Positions 1 through 9,300 are shown, numbered from the stretch's first letter. The stretch is 64,000 nucleotides of DNA from Actinomycetes bacterium (GCA_022599915.1 JAHZLH010000027.1:5610-69609); one strand, 5' to 3'. The notes: generated by a model from the sequence alone, not told the origin. Translations and numbers: made by a program.

Positions 1-1528
1 GTTGAACGGACAGTTCGTATTCCCGACCGAATGCGCTGAGCGGCACAAGCGCCGGGCTTAGCGACTCAACGATTCGCTCGTCTTCGACTCCGGACCGCGC
101 GGGGATGTCGCCGACCATTGCCGACTCTTCGTCGGTCACATCAACTAGTTGAATAGCCAGATCGTCCCAGGCGGAATCTTCGAAGGTTTCCGAGACCAAA
201 TCCCCTAGTCGGTAGACACCCACGGTGAATCCCTCTGGCTCGACACCTTTCGCTACCGCGTTTTCCGGATTCATACCGTTCGGATACAGCGGCAGCAGAA
301 CGAGCATTCCTTTCTGGGCCTCCGACTCCTTTGCCTCGTCTTGCACCAGGTCGATCGGAGCGGTGCCGATGGCTTCCCCCGTTGCGCCTGCCGCAGCAAT
401 CGCTTCCCCGCGTGATGGATTGAAGGCAATGTCTATTCCCAACGCACCAGCGTTGGTTTTCATCGGTTCGATGTAGGCCACAACCACATGCGGGTCTCGC
501 TCCGTGACTGGAAGAACGTTGCCCTCTGCGTCACGTTCGGTGACGGTGAAGTCAGCAAACCCGGGCTGCAGTCGCTGCTGGGCAACGAAGTCCTCGAGCT
601 CGTCGCTTGCCACCACCTGGTTCCAGGACACCGCCTGTAATGACGGAAACCGGTCCAGGAATTTGTCGGTGTAGATCCGAAACTCATCGGCGTCCACTTG
701 GTCGGATGCTTCGAACAGGCCCCGTAGACCAACCAGGACCTCCTCGTGCCTACCCATACTCTTGTCCAAACTGCCTACCGCCGAGGTAGCCAGGCGGCCG
801 ACCTCGCTCTTCACTCGCTCACGTTCGAAGGTGACGGATTGCAGCAGGACAATGACCGCGATCACCGCGAAGACAACTGACGAGATTCCGACGGAAGCTC
901 GACGCCCGCGCCACCAGGTCCGCTGCGACGGTATGAGCAGCAAAACCAGTGGTGCAAACAAAATGACACCCGTCGCGTCACCCGCCCACCACGTGACCCA
1001 GGCAGCCACCATTTGCCCGCCGCCCGAAAGACCGGTGATGAACTGGGCAAGTGCGCCAGCCGTGGCTCCGATGACGCAGGCGATGGGGCCGGCAAGCAAG
1101 AGAGTGCCCAGGATTGCTTTGGGTGTTTCAAAGCGAAGTTCGGAGCCCATATTTCGCCGGACCAACAGCACTGCCACCCAAGCCTGCGCTACCGCACCGA
1201 TGCCGACCAGCGCAACACTGGCCAAGGCTCCGTCGCCCATGGCGTCCAGCGCAACTAACCAGGTCAGGTTGGCCGCACTCGCTCCGATGGCGACACCCAC
1301 CAGAGCGCGCCAGCCAAAGACCGCCACTGCAGCGAAAGCGACACCAGCCGCAGGCCACATCGCGGTACCGAGTCCGGGAAGATGAAGAAACAGTTGAGCG
1401 GCAATCGCGAGCACGAAATAAGCGACGGCGACGCCCCCAACGATGAAGGCGGCATTCGTCCGACGCTCGGGAAGAACGTCCTCGTTACTGGTTTTTAGGC
1501 CCACCGGAACCTCAACTTGCGCCGCCAT
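1..1528 (-). CDS. MASE1 + CHASE domain membrane sensor (partial; output domain lies beyond the window start)
   Basis: Not in the ORF track because it runs off the edge. Manual translation from ATG 1528 (GGGAGG RBS upstream) is open to base 1. MASE1-like TM region (MWPAAGVA, WVTWWAGDATGVILFAPL) is followed by a CHASE-like region (VVAYIEPMKTNAGALGIDIA, TAPIDLVQ). Confidence 0.85.
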   Translation of the reverse strand, partial: MAAQVEVPVGLKTSNEDVLPERRTNAAFIVGGVAVAYFVLAIAAQLFLHLPGLGTAMWPAAGVAFAAVAVFGWRALVGVAIGASAANLTWLVALDAMGDGALASVALVGIGAVAQAWVAVLLVRRNMGSELRFETPKAILGTLLLAGPIACVIGATAGALAQFITGLSGGGQMVAAWVTWWAGDATGVILFAPLVLLLIPSQRTWWRGRRASVGISSVVFAVIAVIVLLQSVTFERERVKSEVGRLATSAVGSLDKSMGRHEEVLVGLRGLFEASDQVDADEFRIYTDKFLDRFPSLQAVSWNQVVASDELEDFVAQQRLQPGFADFTVTERDAEGNVLPVTERDPHVVVAYIEPMKTNAGALGIDIAFNPSRGEAIAAAGATGEAIGTAPIDLVQDEAKESEAQKGMLVLLPLYPNGMNPENAVAKGVEPEGFTVGVYRLGDLVSETFEDSAWDDLAIQLVDVTDEESAMVGDIPARSGVEDERIVESLSPALVPLSAFGREYELSVQ

Positions 1529-1659
1529 AGGCCTCCCATCGGTCTATACCCGATACTGCATCACTTCCGCCCACTATGAAACCGGCCACATTGCATCAGT
1601 CCGCGCCCCGAAGACGCTAATTCCGGTCGTTTCGACAGGCACCAGCTCCAGAAAGTCAC

Positions 1660-2862
1660 TCACGGCAGCGCCACATGCCCGTGCTTCATCTTCCACATGA
1701 AGTACTTCTCGAAGGCCAACTTGAAGGCATGATTTTGTGGCCCTGGGACCATGACGCTGTGCTTGCGTGGTGGCAGCATCTTGTCCGCCAAGATCATGAC
1801 GCCGTTATTGCCAGCATCCATCACACAGATCGCCTTCATGTCGGCGAATTCCTTGTGCTCGGTCGGCTGCTCCCCTTTGATCTGGTGCACGACGTTTTGA
1901 GCTGCAATTCGTGCCATCACCTCCGTCGGAAACCCGGTCTTCGGTAGCCCAGTGGGTGTTGGGGTCTGCCAGGGAACCGGGACTGCCGCCGCAATTCCGG
2001 CGGCGTACACGTTGTCGTAGTCCTCGGACTGCCAGGTATCCCGAACCTTCACATATCCCTTGGGATCAGAAAGCGGTGACTTCGCCACAACATCTTGACC
2101 GACAAAAGGCGGGATGATCATCGCGTACTGGTTGGGCAGCTCACGACCATCGGCGAGTTTGACCATTCCCTGGTCCACGTAGTCCATGCCCACGTCAGTG
2201 ATAGCAGTAATGCCTTCTTTGTCCAGGAACATGTTCAACAGTTTTTCGCCATGAGGCAATCCACCGATACCGAAATGGCCGAGGAACGGTTCACTCGTGA
2301 TGTAGGTCAGTTTGACCTGATCCTTCAACCCAGCTTTGTTCAACTGGTAGGAAAAATTGAACAGATACTCGTAGGCGGCACCAAAGCAACCAGCCGACTG
2401 GGTAGCCCCAATCACAACATCCCCAGGATCTGCCAAGAATTCCTTCCAGGCCTCACCCGCACGCTCTGCTTCCGGCAGGGTGGTGATCGTGACGGCATTT
2501 CCATCAGCCAGACCCGGTACAGCCGCCATGTCGTTCTTGTAACCGGTTGCAATGATCAAATAGTCGTATGTAAACACCCGGCCATCGCCAACTGTGACGG
2601 CTTGCGCGGTTGGATCAATATCAGTGGCTGGCTGGTGGACGAACTCGACGTTGTGTTCATCGAAGAGTGGTTCCAGCGGGAACGTAATATCTTCCGCGCT
2701 GCGCTTGCCGAAGGGCAGCCAGATCAGCGAGGGGTTGAAAAGAAACTCATCAGCGGCACTCACCACGGTGACTGCCACATCACCTTCGAGCGCATGCTTG
2801 ACATGGAGGGCGGCATTAATGCCTGCAAAATTTCCCCCAAGAACCAGAACTTTCGTTGCCAT
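1660..2862 (-). CDS. sqr: Sulfide:quinone oxidoreductase (FAD-dependent)
   Basis: VLGGNFAG FAD motif, GCFGAAYE, PKTG and C-x-MDAG motifs, C-terminal amphipathic KLAFEKYFMWKM. Start placed at ATG 2862 after GGAGG. Confidence 0.85.
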   Translation of the reverse strand: MATKVLVLGGNFAGINAALHVKHALEGDVAVTVVSAADEFLFNPSLIWLPFGKRSAEDITFPLEPLFDEHNVEFVHQPATDIDPTAQAVTVGDGRVFTYDYLIIATGYKNDMAAVPGLADGNAVTITTLPEAERAGEAWKEFLADPGDVVIGATQSAGCFGAAYEYLFNFSYQLNKAGLKDQVKLTYITSEPFLGHFGIGGLPHGEKLLNMFLDKEGITAITDVGMDYVDQGMVKLADGRELPNQYAMIIPPFVGQDVVAKSPLSDPKGYVKVRDTWQSEDYDNVYAAGIAAAVPVPWQTPTPTGLPKTGFPTEVMARIAAQNVVHQIKGEQPTEHKEFADMKAICVMDAGNNGVMILADKMLPPRKHSVMVPGPQNHAFKLAFEKYFMWKMKHGHVALP

Positions 2863-3483
2863 GATTGACCTCCGCTCGCCGAAACTCCCCTGCGGAGATC
2901 GCGCTCCCCTCCGGCGCCGCGGACCACCGCAACCCCCCGGGTTACCAACCGACACCAACGTCGGCGTTGATGTCGCCCGGAGATGGCTTACTGCCACGTC
3001 TTCATGATACGCGGTAGGGTACCTAGATTGGAAGTCAAATTCACATAGAGTGACTGATGTTACAGAAATATTTAGGGAGCATTACAACTGAATCCCGGGA
3101 GCAACAAGGAGATTTAATAAGCACACCGGCGTTCTGGCAGATTTCTGCTACGGAATCCGGAGGCGCCGGGTACTAGGAGTTCACTGCTGGGTCTCGTCGT
3201 GGCCGAGCCCGCCACACCCTCGGCTGCAGTAGCCGAGTCCCACCTAGTCACCTCGCCACACCAGTGAAGGCAGCAGCCGGAGTACACCAAGCGCACTCCC
3301 CCAGCCACGACATAGGTTGGAGCTAGTGAGTTCGGCGGCTCAGAGGAGACAACAGTGAAGAATCCGCAAGCGATACCGGCCCTGCTGGGATGGATTCGGG
3401 GGACACCCGCTGACAAGGTGGCAGCCAGAAAATCGTAGAACCCAAATCTTCCTCGTTGGCGGCAGACGCTAGGTCACGTTCGA

Positions 3484-5241
3484 CTAGACCTCATCATCGG
3501 AGTCGGGCGCCAACTCGGCTGCCTGACTTGAACTCGAATCGTCATTAGCGGAAATCCACTTCCGAGCTTCTGCCACCGCCTCGATCAGCGCCGCACCAAT
3601 CCGCTCTTGATCGCGGTAGACATTGGCATCTCCGATTTCAGGCAACGCCCCGGTGTCGACCAGCTGCTCAAACACTCGGGGGCCCACACCGGACAGATAC
3701 AGGCGGCAGTCCTGTTCGACGAGCCGACTGTTGTAGCGCCGCAAGATCCTCATGAAGGTGTTGCCGAGGTCCTTCTTGCCGTGAAGGCTGATCACCACGA
3801 CCGATCTATTGCTGGTCGGCATGACATCGGGAAGCGCCTCTTCAAACACCGGGGCAGCTGCGAAGAACAAGCTGCCATACGGCATCAGCACAATTAGTTC
3901 GTTCGGTTCCACCGTTTCCGGCGGGTCAGCCTCAATGGGCCACGGTTGATCGTCGAAGACCAGTCGGCTGATCCGAACCTGCTCAGATTGGCGGACCACA
4001 TACAGCATGATCGAGATACCTACGCCAAGCAGCACGGCGTATTGCAGCGGCATGATCAACGTCAAGATGAAGGTCACCATCATGGCAACTATCGACGTCT
4101 TCCCCGTACCCCAAATCGCGCGGATTTCCGCCGGTTTCACGATCTGAAAACCAACGACGATCAAAACTCCGCTCAGCACCGGCATGGCGACGATGGCGAT
4201 GAGTTCGGAGAAGAAGATCATGCCCAGGATCATCACGCCGCCAGCGATGATGGGGGCGAGCCGTGACTTGGCACCACCGCTCATATTGACCGCAGTGGCT
4301 GACATTGATCCACCTACTGGCATTCCCTGGAAAACCCCCGCAGCGATGTTGCCGACTCCTTGGCCACGAAAGTCACCTGAAGGTTCCGGGAATTTGCCAT
4401 CCGGATTAGGAATGGACGAACTGATAGCAGCCCCTTGCACCAGCCCCACGAAGGTCAGAGACAAAGCCGGGATCAGCAGGCTCGGCACCGCGGCAAGGTC
4501 TGGCATTTGAGGAGCAGGTAGCGACGAAGGAATACTGGCGATGTCGGAGACGGTGGGAACCGATGACCAGCCGAGCACCGGAACCATGGCGGTACCCACA
4601 ATCACTGCGACCACCATGCCCATGGCACCAAGCCGGGTCTTGCTCAAACCCACAATCAACGCCACGGTGACCAGGCCAACCGTTACCGTCGTCCACTGCC
4701 ACTGACCAATGTGCAGCACCGTGTCGATGGCTCGAACAATTCGCCCAGGCCCCTGCCCGTCGTACCCAGTGAAGTCCGACAACTGACCCAAAACGATATT
4801 TATCGCGGTACCAGTAATGAACCCGGTGATCACCGATGCGGGCACAAAACGTACCAGTGACCCCAGTTTGAAGATGCCGAGAACGAGCATGACCAGCCCG
4901 ATCATCATGGACAGCGTAAACAGCGCCCGGTCAGGGTCAACGGCGTTTTGTACTTCACCCACGTCGGCGATCACAACCGCCATCGCGCTAGTGGCCTGCA
5001 CCACCATGTAGATCGAACTCGACGTGAGGATGCCGCCGACCATTCCGAAGGTGTAGGCGTACAGGCCGTAGAGCGGGTTGACGCCCGCCAGCAGCCCGGT
5101 GGCTAAACCCGACGGCACACTCTGCACCCCCAGGACCGTCCCCGCACCTAGATCGGCCCCAATAGCGCGACGATTACCGAACTGGCTGAGGAGTCGAGAT
5201 AGTGGCCGCGCTCTTGGTGCAGTGGCGGGGTTATCCGACAT
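3484..5241 (-). CDS. SulP family anion transporter with C-terminal STAS domain
   Basis: AGVNPLYGLY, VITGFITG, multiple TM helices, GSLFFAAA STAS motif. Confidence 0.93.
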   Translation of the reverse strand: MSDNPATAPRARPLSRLLSQFGNRRAIGADLGAGTVLGVQSVPSGLATGLLAGVNPLYGLYAYTFGMVGGILTSSSIYMVVQATSAMAVVIADVGEVQNAVDPDRALFTLSMMIGLVMLVLGIFKLGSLVRFVPASVITGFITGTAINIVLGQLSDFTGYDGQGPGRIVRAIDTVLHIGQWQWTTVTVGLVTVALIVGLSKTRLGAMGMVVAVIVGTAMVPVLGWSSVPTVSDIASIPSSLPAPQMPDLAAVPSLLIPALSLTFVGLVQGAAISSSIPNPDGKFPEPSGDFRGQGVGNIAAGVFQGMPVGGSMSATAVNMSGGAKSRLAPIIAGGVMILGMIFFSELIAIVAMPVLSGVLIVVGFQIVKPAEIRAIWGTGKTSIVAMMVTFILTLIMPLQYAVLLGVGISIMLYVVRQSEQVRISRLVFDDQPWPIEADPPETVEPNELIVLMPYGSLFFAAAPVFEEALPDVMPTSNRSVVVISLHGKKDLGNTFMRILRRYNSRLVEQDCRLYLSGVGPRVFEQLVDTGALPEIGDANVYRDQERIGAALIEAVAEARKWISANDDSSSSQAAELAPDSDDEV

Positions 5242-5469
5242 CAGCCCTCCGCTGCGATAGCGACAAAAGCTGCCGACAAGGACAGCCCGGCGATTCTATC
5301 CAAGTCAGCTGAACCTCACTCGGTAACAAGTGAACGACCGGCACGACGGTGAAGTCCTGAGCCATTACTTGATCAAAGACCACCGGTTAGCCGACATCAG
5401 CATCGGTAGTCTTCGTAAGGTCGGCCGCTATCGCAGTTGTTACCTGGTAAAGATAACTCCGGGGAGGCT

Positions 5470-5961
5470 ACCCACGACAGCGGCTCACGCCTTCGCCATC
5501 TACGTGGTGCGCGATGCCCAGTATGGAACCAACTTCACGGTCGAACTGCCCATAACTCTTGTTGCGGTGGCCCTAGTGTTCTGGGGTCGCCGAACACGGA
5601 AACGCTGGGGCTACTTATGGTCTTCCTGGTGGGAACAGTGATCTGATTCTCAATACGACCGCCCGAGTTTCGGCAACGTTCCCTGTCCCGATACGCCGGG
5701 ATGGCCGTCTTCGCAGTGATCTGGACAACGACATCCGTACTGATCAGTAGTCGCTGGATCGAAGTTCTTGGCGCAACCCCTGGCACTTTCGACGACGCCG
5801 GAAAGTTGGTAAGCCTACTCGCGCTCGGCTACGACATCTTCGTTGAGATCGCGTTGGCCTACGTCTCCTTCTTCGCGACATCGGCGCTGCTGGTTTGGAT
5901 TCGCCATGCGTCCGATGACTCCTGCGCGAATGTTAGGACACGTCGCAATAGTTCTTCTTGA
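5470..5961 (+). pseudogene. Probable degraded membrane protein gene (one frameshift plus an in-frame TGA); 5' boundary approximate
   Basis: Hydrophobic segments in two frames join if one G is added to the G4 run at 5583-5586 and TGA 5644-5646 is read as TGG. Confidence 0.5.
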
Positions 5962-6358
5962 TGTCTTGCGGGAAGTCGTCGTCTTCGCAGACCGATTTGC
6001 TGACCTGGTTCCACTGCCCATCGTCTGAGGAAAGGATCGCGGTCGCGTCGTCACCACCTGGATCGGTGAAGTCAACTCCGGCATAACCGTCTGCACACTC
6101 AAACCCGAAAACAGCCGATGCTGACACGTCAAGCGCGGGTGCCAGTGCAGCCGCCGTGCAGTCCGTGCTCGACGTCGGCTCAGACGTCGGCTCAGTCGTC
6201 GGCTCAGTGGTCGGTGCCGACTCCGTGGGTGCGGGTTCGGGCGCAGCCGATGATGCCGCATCGGTCGAGTCGGAGTCCGACGAAGAACAGCCAGCGATAA
6301 GGAGCAAAGCTACCGCTGCGCCAGCTAGATGAGACAAAGTCCTTTGCGAGATCTGCAT
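5933..6358 (-). CDS. Lipoprotein with Pro/Thr/Glu-rich linker and a small 4-Cys domain
   Basis: Signal peptide with lipobox LIAGC, EPTT/EPTS repeats, acidic C-terminal domain with four Cys. Confidence 0.8.
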   Translation of the reverse strand: MQISQRTLSHLAGAAVALLLIAGCSSSDSDSTDAASSAAPEPAPTESAPTTEPTTEPTSEPTSSTDCTAAALAPALDVSASAVFGFECADGYAGVDFTDPGGDDATAILSSDDGQWNQVSKSVCEDDDFPQDIKKNYCDVS

Positions 6359-6462
6359 GCGGGTAGTACAGCAGGATTCAGCGACTTTTGCCGGATAATC
6401 AGTATTTTTTGCCGGACAAGAGGTGCCTCCATCACCGAGCCAATCTCTTGCCTCTGTCAGAA

Positions 6463-6490
6463 GGATGTGACGGGCATGCCAGTCACATCC
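6463..6490. terminator. 28-bp near-perfect palindrome; probable terminator of the ketopantoate reductase gene, or an operator
   Basis: GGATGTGAC-GGGCATGCCA-GTCACATCC, about 64 bp past the stop at 6554. Confidence 0.5.
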
Positions 6491-6553
6491 AACAGCTACC
6501 GAACCGGTAACGCGAGTAGCGCTTTCGCCAGGTCGGGCAAGTTCAAGTTCCAG

Positions 6554-7516
6554 CTACTTCGCTTGGTTTGCAGTATTCCGCGCGTCCAACATCTCAAGAA
6601 TCCGAGTAAGTAATTCAGTACGGGGAACGGCAACTCCATGTTCTTTGGCGATCGCCAATGGCCGTTGATAAATGGAGTTCACTTCCATCGACTTTTTGGC
6701 ATCGTAATGTCGCATCATGCTGGGGTAGTACGGCATACCTTTGCTTTTTTCATAGAGGCCCTGGATGAAATCATCGGAGAGAACATAGCCGTCCGCGGCG
6801 GCCATCTTCTGCACTTCTTCCATTAGGTCCAACCACTGCGAGGTCATATTCGGATCACTCGAGATCTCTCCGATAGAGGCATGGAAGAGGACTGGCAAAC
6901 CGTTTGCCGGGACGTTGAGTGCGAGTTTTTCCCACAGGGTCAGTTGCAAATCGTCTGTTACCGCGGTAGGTACGCCCGCCTTTTTGAAACAATCGACTAC
7001 CTCCATCAACCAGCCAGGAGCCTTCTCCCCAGGAGCACCAAAAGTGACCAGACCAAACTGATCATGCTTGATACGGCCAGGGGTTAATTGCTCGGCTAGA
7101 ACAAAGGGCAACCCCCGGCAGATATGCACGTGCGACCAATCCTGCGATTCAGCATCTAGCACCTGCCGAACCGCCTCTTCATTTCCGATCCCGTTTTGCA
7201 ACAGAACGACCACTGACTGCTTCTTCATGGCGTGCTGGACAAGTTGACCCAAGAGATGGTTGTCGCTGGTTCGCAGTGCAACTAACAAGATATCGGTCGG
7301 CACAAGATCTTCGTGATTGCTCGTAACCTTGACATCAGGAAGAACGATCTTGTCTGATCCAAAGTCCACCTCGATGCCGGACTTAGCCACTTCAGCTGCA
7401 TTGTGGTGAAACAGATACGTCATGTCGTAGCCAGCCTGCTGCAACTGAGCTCCGTAGAGAACTCCGATCATGCCGGCACCGATGACAGCAAATGTAGGGC
7501 TGCTGATATCGCTCAT
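6554..7516 (-). CDS. panE: 2-dehydropantoate 2-reductase family protein (PanE/ApbA)
   Basis: VIGAGMIG Rossmann motif, LLQNGIG, WEKLALN, PSMMRH...ME. Confidence 0.85.
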   Translation of the reverse strand: MSDISSPTFAVIGAGMIGVLYGAQLQQAGYDMTYLFHHNAAEVAKSGIEVDFGSDKIVLPDVKVTSNHEDLVPTDILLVALRTSDNHLLGQLVQHAMKKQSVVVLLQNGIGNEEAVRQVLDAESQDWSHVHICRGLPFVLAEQLTPGRIKHDQFGLVTFGAPGEKAPGWLMEVVDCFKKAGVPTAVTDDLQLTLWEKLALNVPANGLPVLFHASIGEISSDPNMTSQWLDLMEEVQKMAAADGYVLSDDFIQGLYEKSKGMPYYPSMMRHYDAKKSMEVNSIYQRPLAIAKEHGVAVPRTELLTRILEMLDARNTANQAK

Positions 7517-7537
7517 TGTGATGTCCTTGTCCGTGAT

Positions 7538-7574
7538 CCTCGAACCTCGAACCTCGAACCTCGAACCTCGAACC
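7538..7574. repeat. Tandem repeat (CCTCGAA)x5
   Basis: Five exact 7-bp copies plus CC, about 21 bp upstream of the panE start. Confidence 0.95.
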
Positions 7575-7758
7575 GAACTTATCGAGGCTTGACTCCGGAA
7601 GGGCTGTCCACCGGATAGTTATCGAGTTAACCCTTTTCGATGGATCTACGATTACAACGCCGTGGGTTAGACGCTGGCTTCCCTCCCCTGCTAACAAATA
7701 CCAGTTGGTATCCGACTAGACGTCACTAGCTCGACCTTTCACCGCCTAGCCAGAGGTC

Positions 7759-8640
7759 CTATTCCGGGATGAATCCCGAATCCAGGTTCCAGGGCTGCCA
7801 GGGACTGTTGGCGATCAGCCAGGTTTCCAAGTCCTTCAGCCAACCCGTGATCACCAGGACCCCAATGATCACGAACACCGCTCCCAAACCGCGACGGAAC
7901 CAGCCGTGCGGATCAGATGCCCATCGGGCGCCGCGGACGGCTCGCTGACCTAGCAACGAGATCAGAAACAGAGTTCCGCTAAGCCCGATGACGTAAGCGA
8001 CGAGCAAGAGCAGCCCCTGGCCGAAATCTGCCGGTAGCACTGTGACGATGACGTAGGCATATAACGGGCTACACGAGGTGAACACCGGCCCCAGAGCCGC
8101 TCCGGTGAGCACTTCTCCCAGCACACCGTCGCGTTTACGAGCCGCGGCGAGCCGGGTGGTCGAGCGGGATTGCAACTGCAGCAGGCTACTGATCCGCTCC
8201 CAAATGCCCGGGAACAGCGAGACCACACCGAGAAGGATCAGAATGCCGCCGGATACCCACTGCCAAACGGCGGTGGGGATGCCGATGAACGCAGTCGATG
8301 CCTTCAGCACCAGCGTGAACACCACGATGGATAGACCCAGCGATGCGGCAATGATCACCGCACTTCTCCGAGCCGAGCGCTGCTGAGCGCGCTGCGGATC
8401 AACGGTCGTCGGTATACCCCCGGCTGGGTCGCCCTCAGCCGCCAATGGCGGCCCACTCGAGCCGCTGCTCGACGTGCTCACAACAGCATCCAGTGTGTGA
8501 GCGGATGCGGTGCTGCCGCGGTTCACCTCGGCTCCGCGAGCCACTGACCCACCCACAATGACGGGCAGCAGCGGCAAGACGCAGGGCGCTAGGGTCGTCA
8601 GCGCGCCAGCAACAACCGCGCCAAGTAGTGCGAGCGTCAT
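7759..8640 (-). CDS. ccdA: CcdA/DsbD-like transmembrane electron transport protein
   Basis: LAPCVLPLLP and GPVFTSCSP Cys motifs, six TM segments. Overlaps the thioredoxin stop (ATGA). Confidence 0.88.
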   Translation of the reverse strand: MTLALLGAVVAGALTTLAPCVLPLLPVIVGGSVARGAEVNRGSTASAHTLDAVVSTSSSGSSGPPLAAEGDPAGGIPTTVDPQRAQQRSARRSAVIIAASLGLSIVVFTLVLKASTAFIGIPTAVWQWVSGGILILLGVVSLFPGIWERISSLLQLQSRSTTRLAAARKRDGVLGEVLTGAALGPVFTSCSPLYAYVIVTVLPADFGQGLLLLVAYVIGLSGTLFLISLLGQRAVRGARWASDPHGWFRRGLGAVFVIIGVLVITGWLKDLETWLIANSPWQPWNLDSGFIPE

Positions 8641-9149
8641 GCGAGTTGCTCCGAAATCTCACCAACGCTGGTGGCACCGCTGAACTTGGTGACTTCCGAT
8701 CCGTCAGGGTTTACCTGCACATACGTGTGCTGGACGGTCACACCATATTGCTGTCTGAGGTCCTCGTTGGCGTCGTAGTCCACCGACACCACCACGAGCC
8801 CGTCAGGGAACTGTTCACTCGAAAGTTGCTGGTCAGCTTCGGCGCAGGTGGAGCACCACGAGGCGTTGAAGAACAGCACTACATCGGCATCGTCGTACTG
8901 CGCCTTGTTCTTGCTGTAGTCGCTGTAAGACACATAGCCCGCCGGTGCCGCCGGAGATTTGGAGTCGGACTTCTTCGACGAATCCTTACTGGCCTCAGCT
9001 GCCGGACTCGAGGTGGCAGGTGAGGGAGCTGCTGACTCCGACGCTGCATCTGTGTCATTCCCACTAGCGCAGCCGGCCAGCACGAGAGCGGTGGCGACGG
9101 GTGTCAGCATCAACGCGAGGCGACGACGCTTGGTCAGTGAGTGGGTCAT
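8637..9149 (-). CDS. Thioredoxin-like lipoprotein
   Basis: Lipobox VLAGC, FFNASWCSTC active site, YGVTVQHT. GGAG RBS precedes ATG 9149. Confidence 0.88.
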   Translation of the reverse strand: MTHSLTKRRRLALMLTPVATALVLAGCASGNDTDAASESAAPSPATSSPAAEASKDSSKKSDSKSPAAPAGYVSYSDYSKNKAQYDDADVVLFFNASWCSTCAEADQQLSSEQFPDGLVVVSVDYDANEDLRQQYGVTVQHTYVQVNPDGSEVTKFSGATSVGEISEQLA

Positions 9150-9212
9150 GAGTTGCTCCAGTGCTCCGGGACGGCTCATCCGTCCGCTCCTCTATGGAAA
9201 CCCATCAACCTG

Positions 9213-9250
9213 CTTACAGGCCAGCCTCAGCCGCTTACGACTATCTTACG
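9213..9250. promoter_or_regulatory. CTTAC direct repeats, candidate OmpR-family binding site
   Basis: CTTAC at 9213, 9234 and 9245 (21- and 11-bp spacing) in the divergent promoter region. Confidence 0.5.
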
Positions 9251-9300
9251 TCCGCCGCACACCGATTCCGTTTGTGTCGCAGTCCTCCTACTCTCAGAGA

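Noticed and set aside
5644..5646. In-frame TGA as selenocysteine or an alternative genetic code
   Set aside because: TGA is used as a stop throughout the window, the context suits Trp, and a nearby frameshift points to decay.
7538..7574. Tandem repeats here and at 50484-50527 as CRISPR arrays
   Set aside because: The units are 7-8 bp with no spacers, and there are no cas genes.
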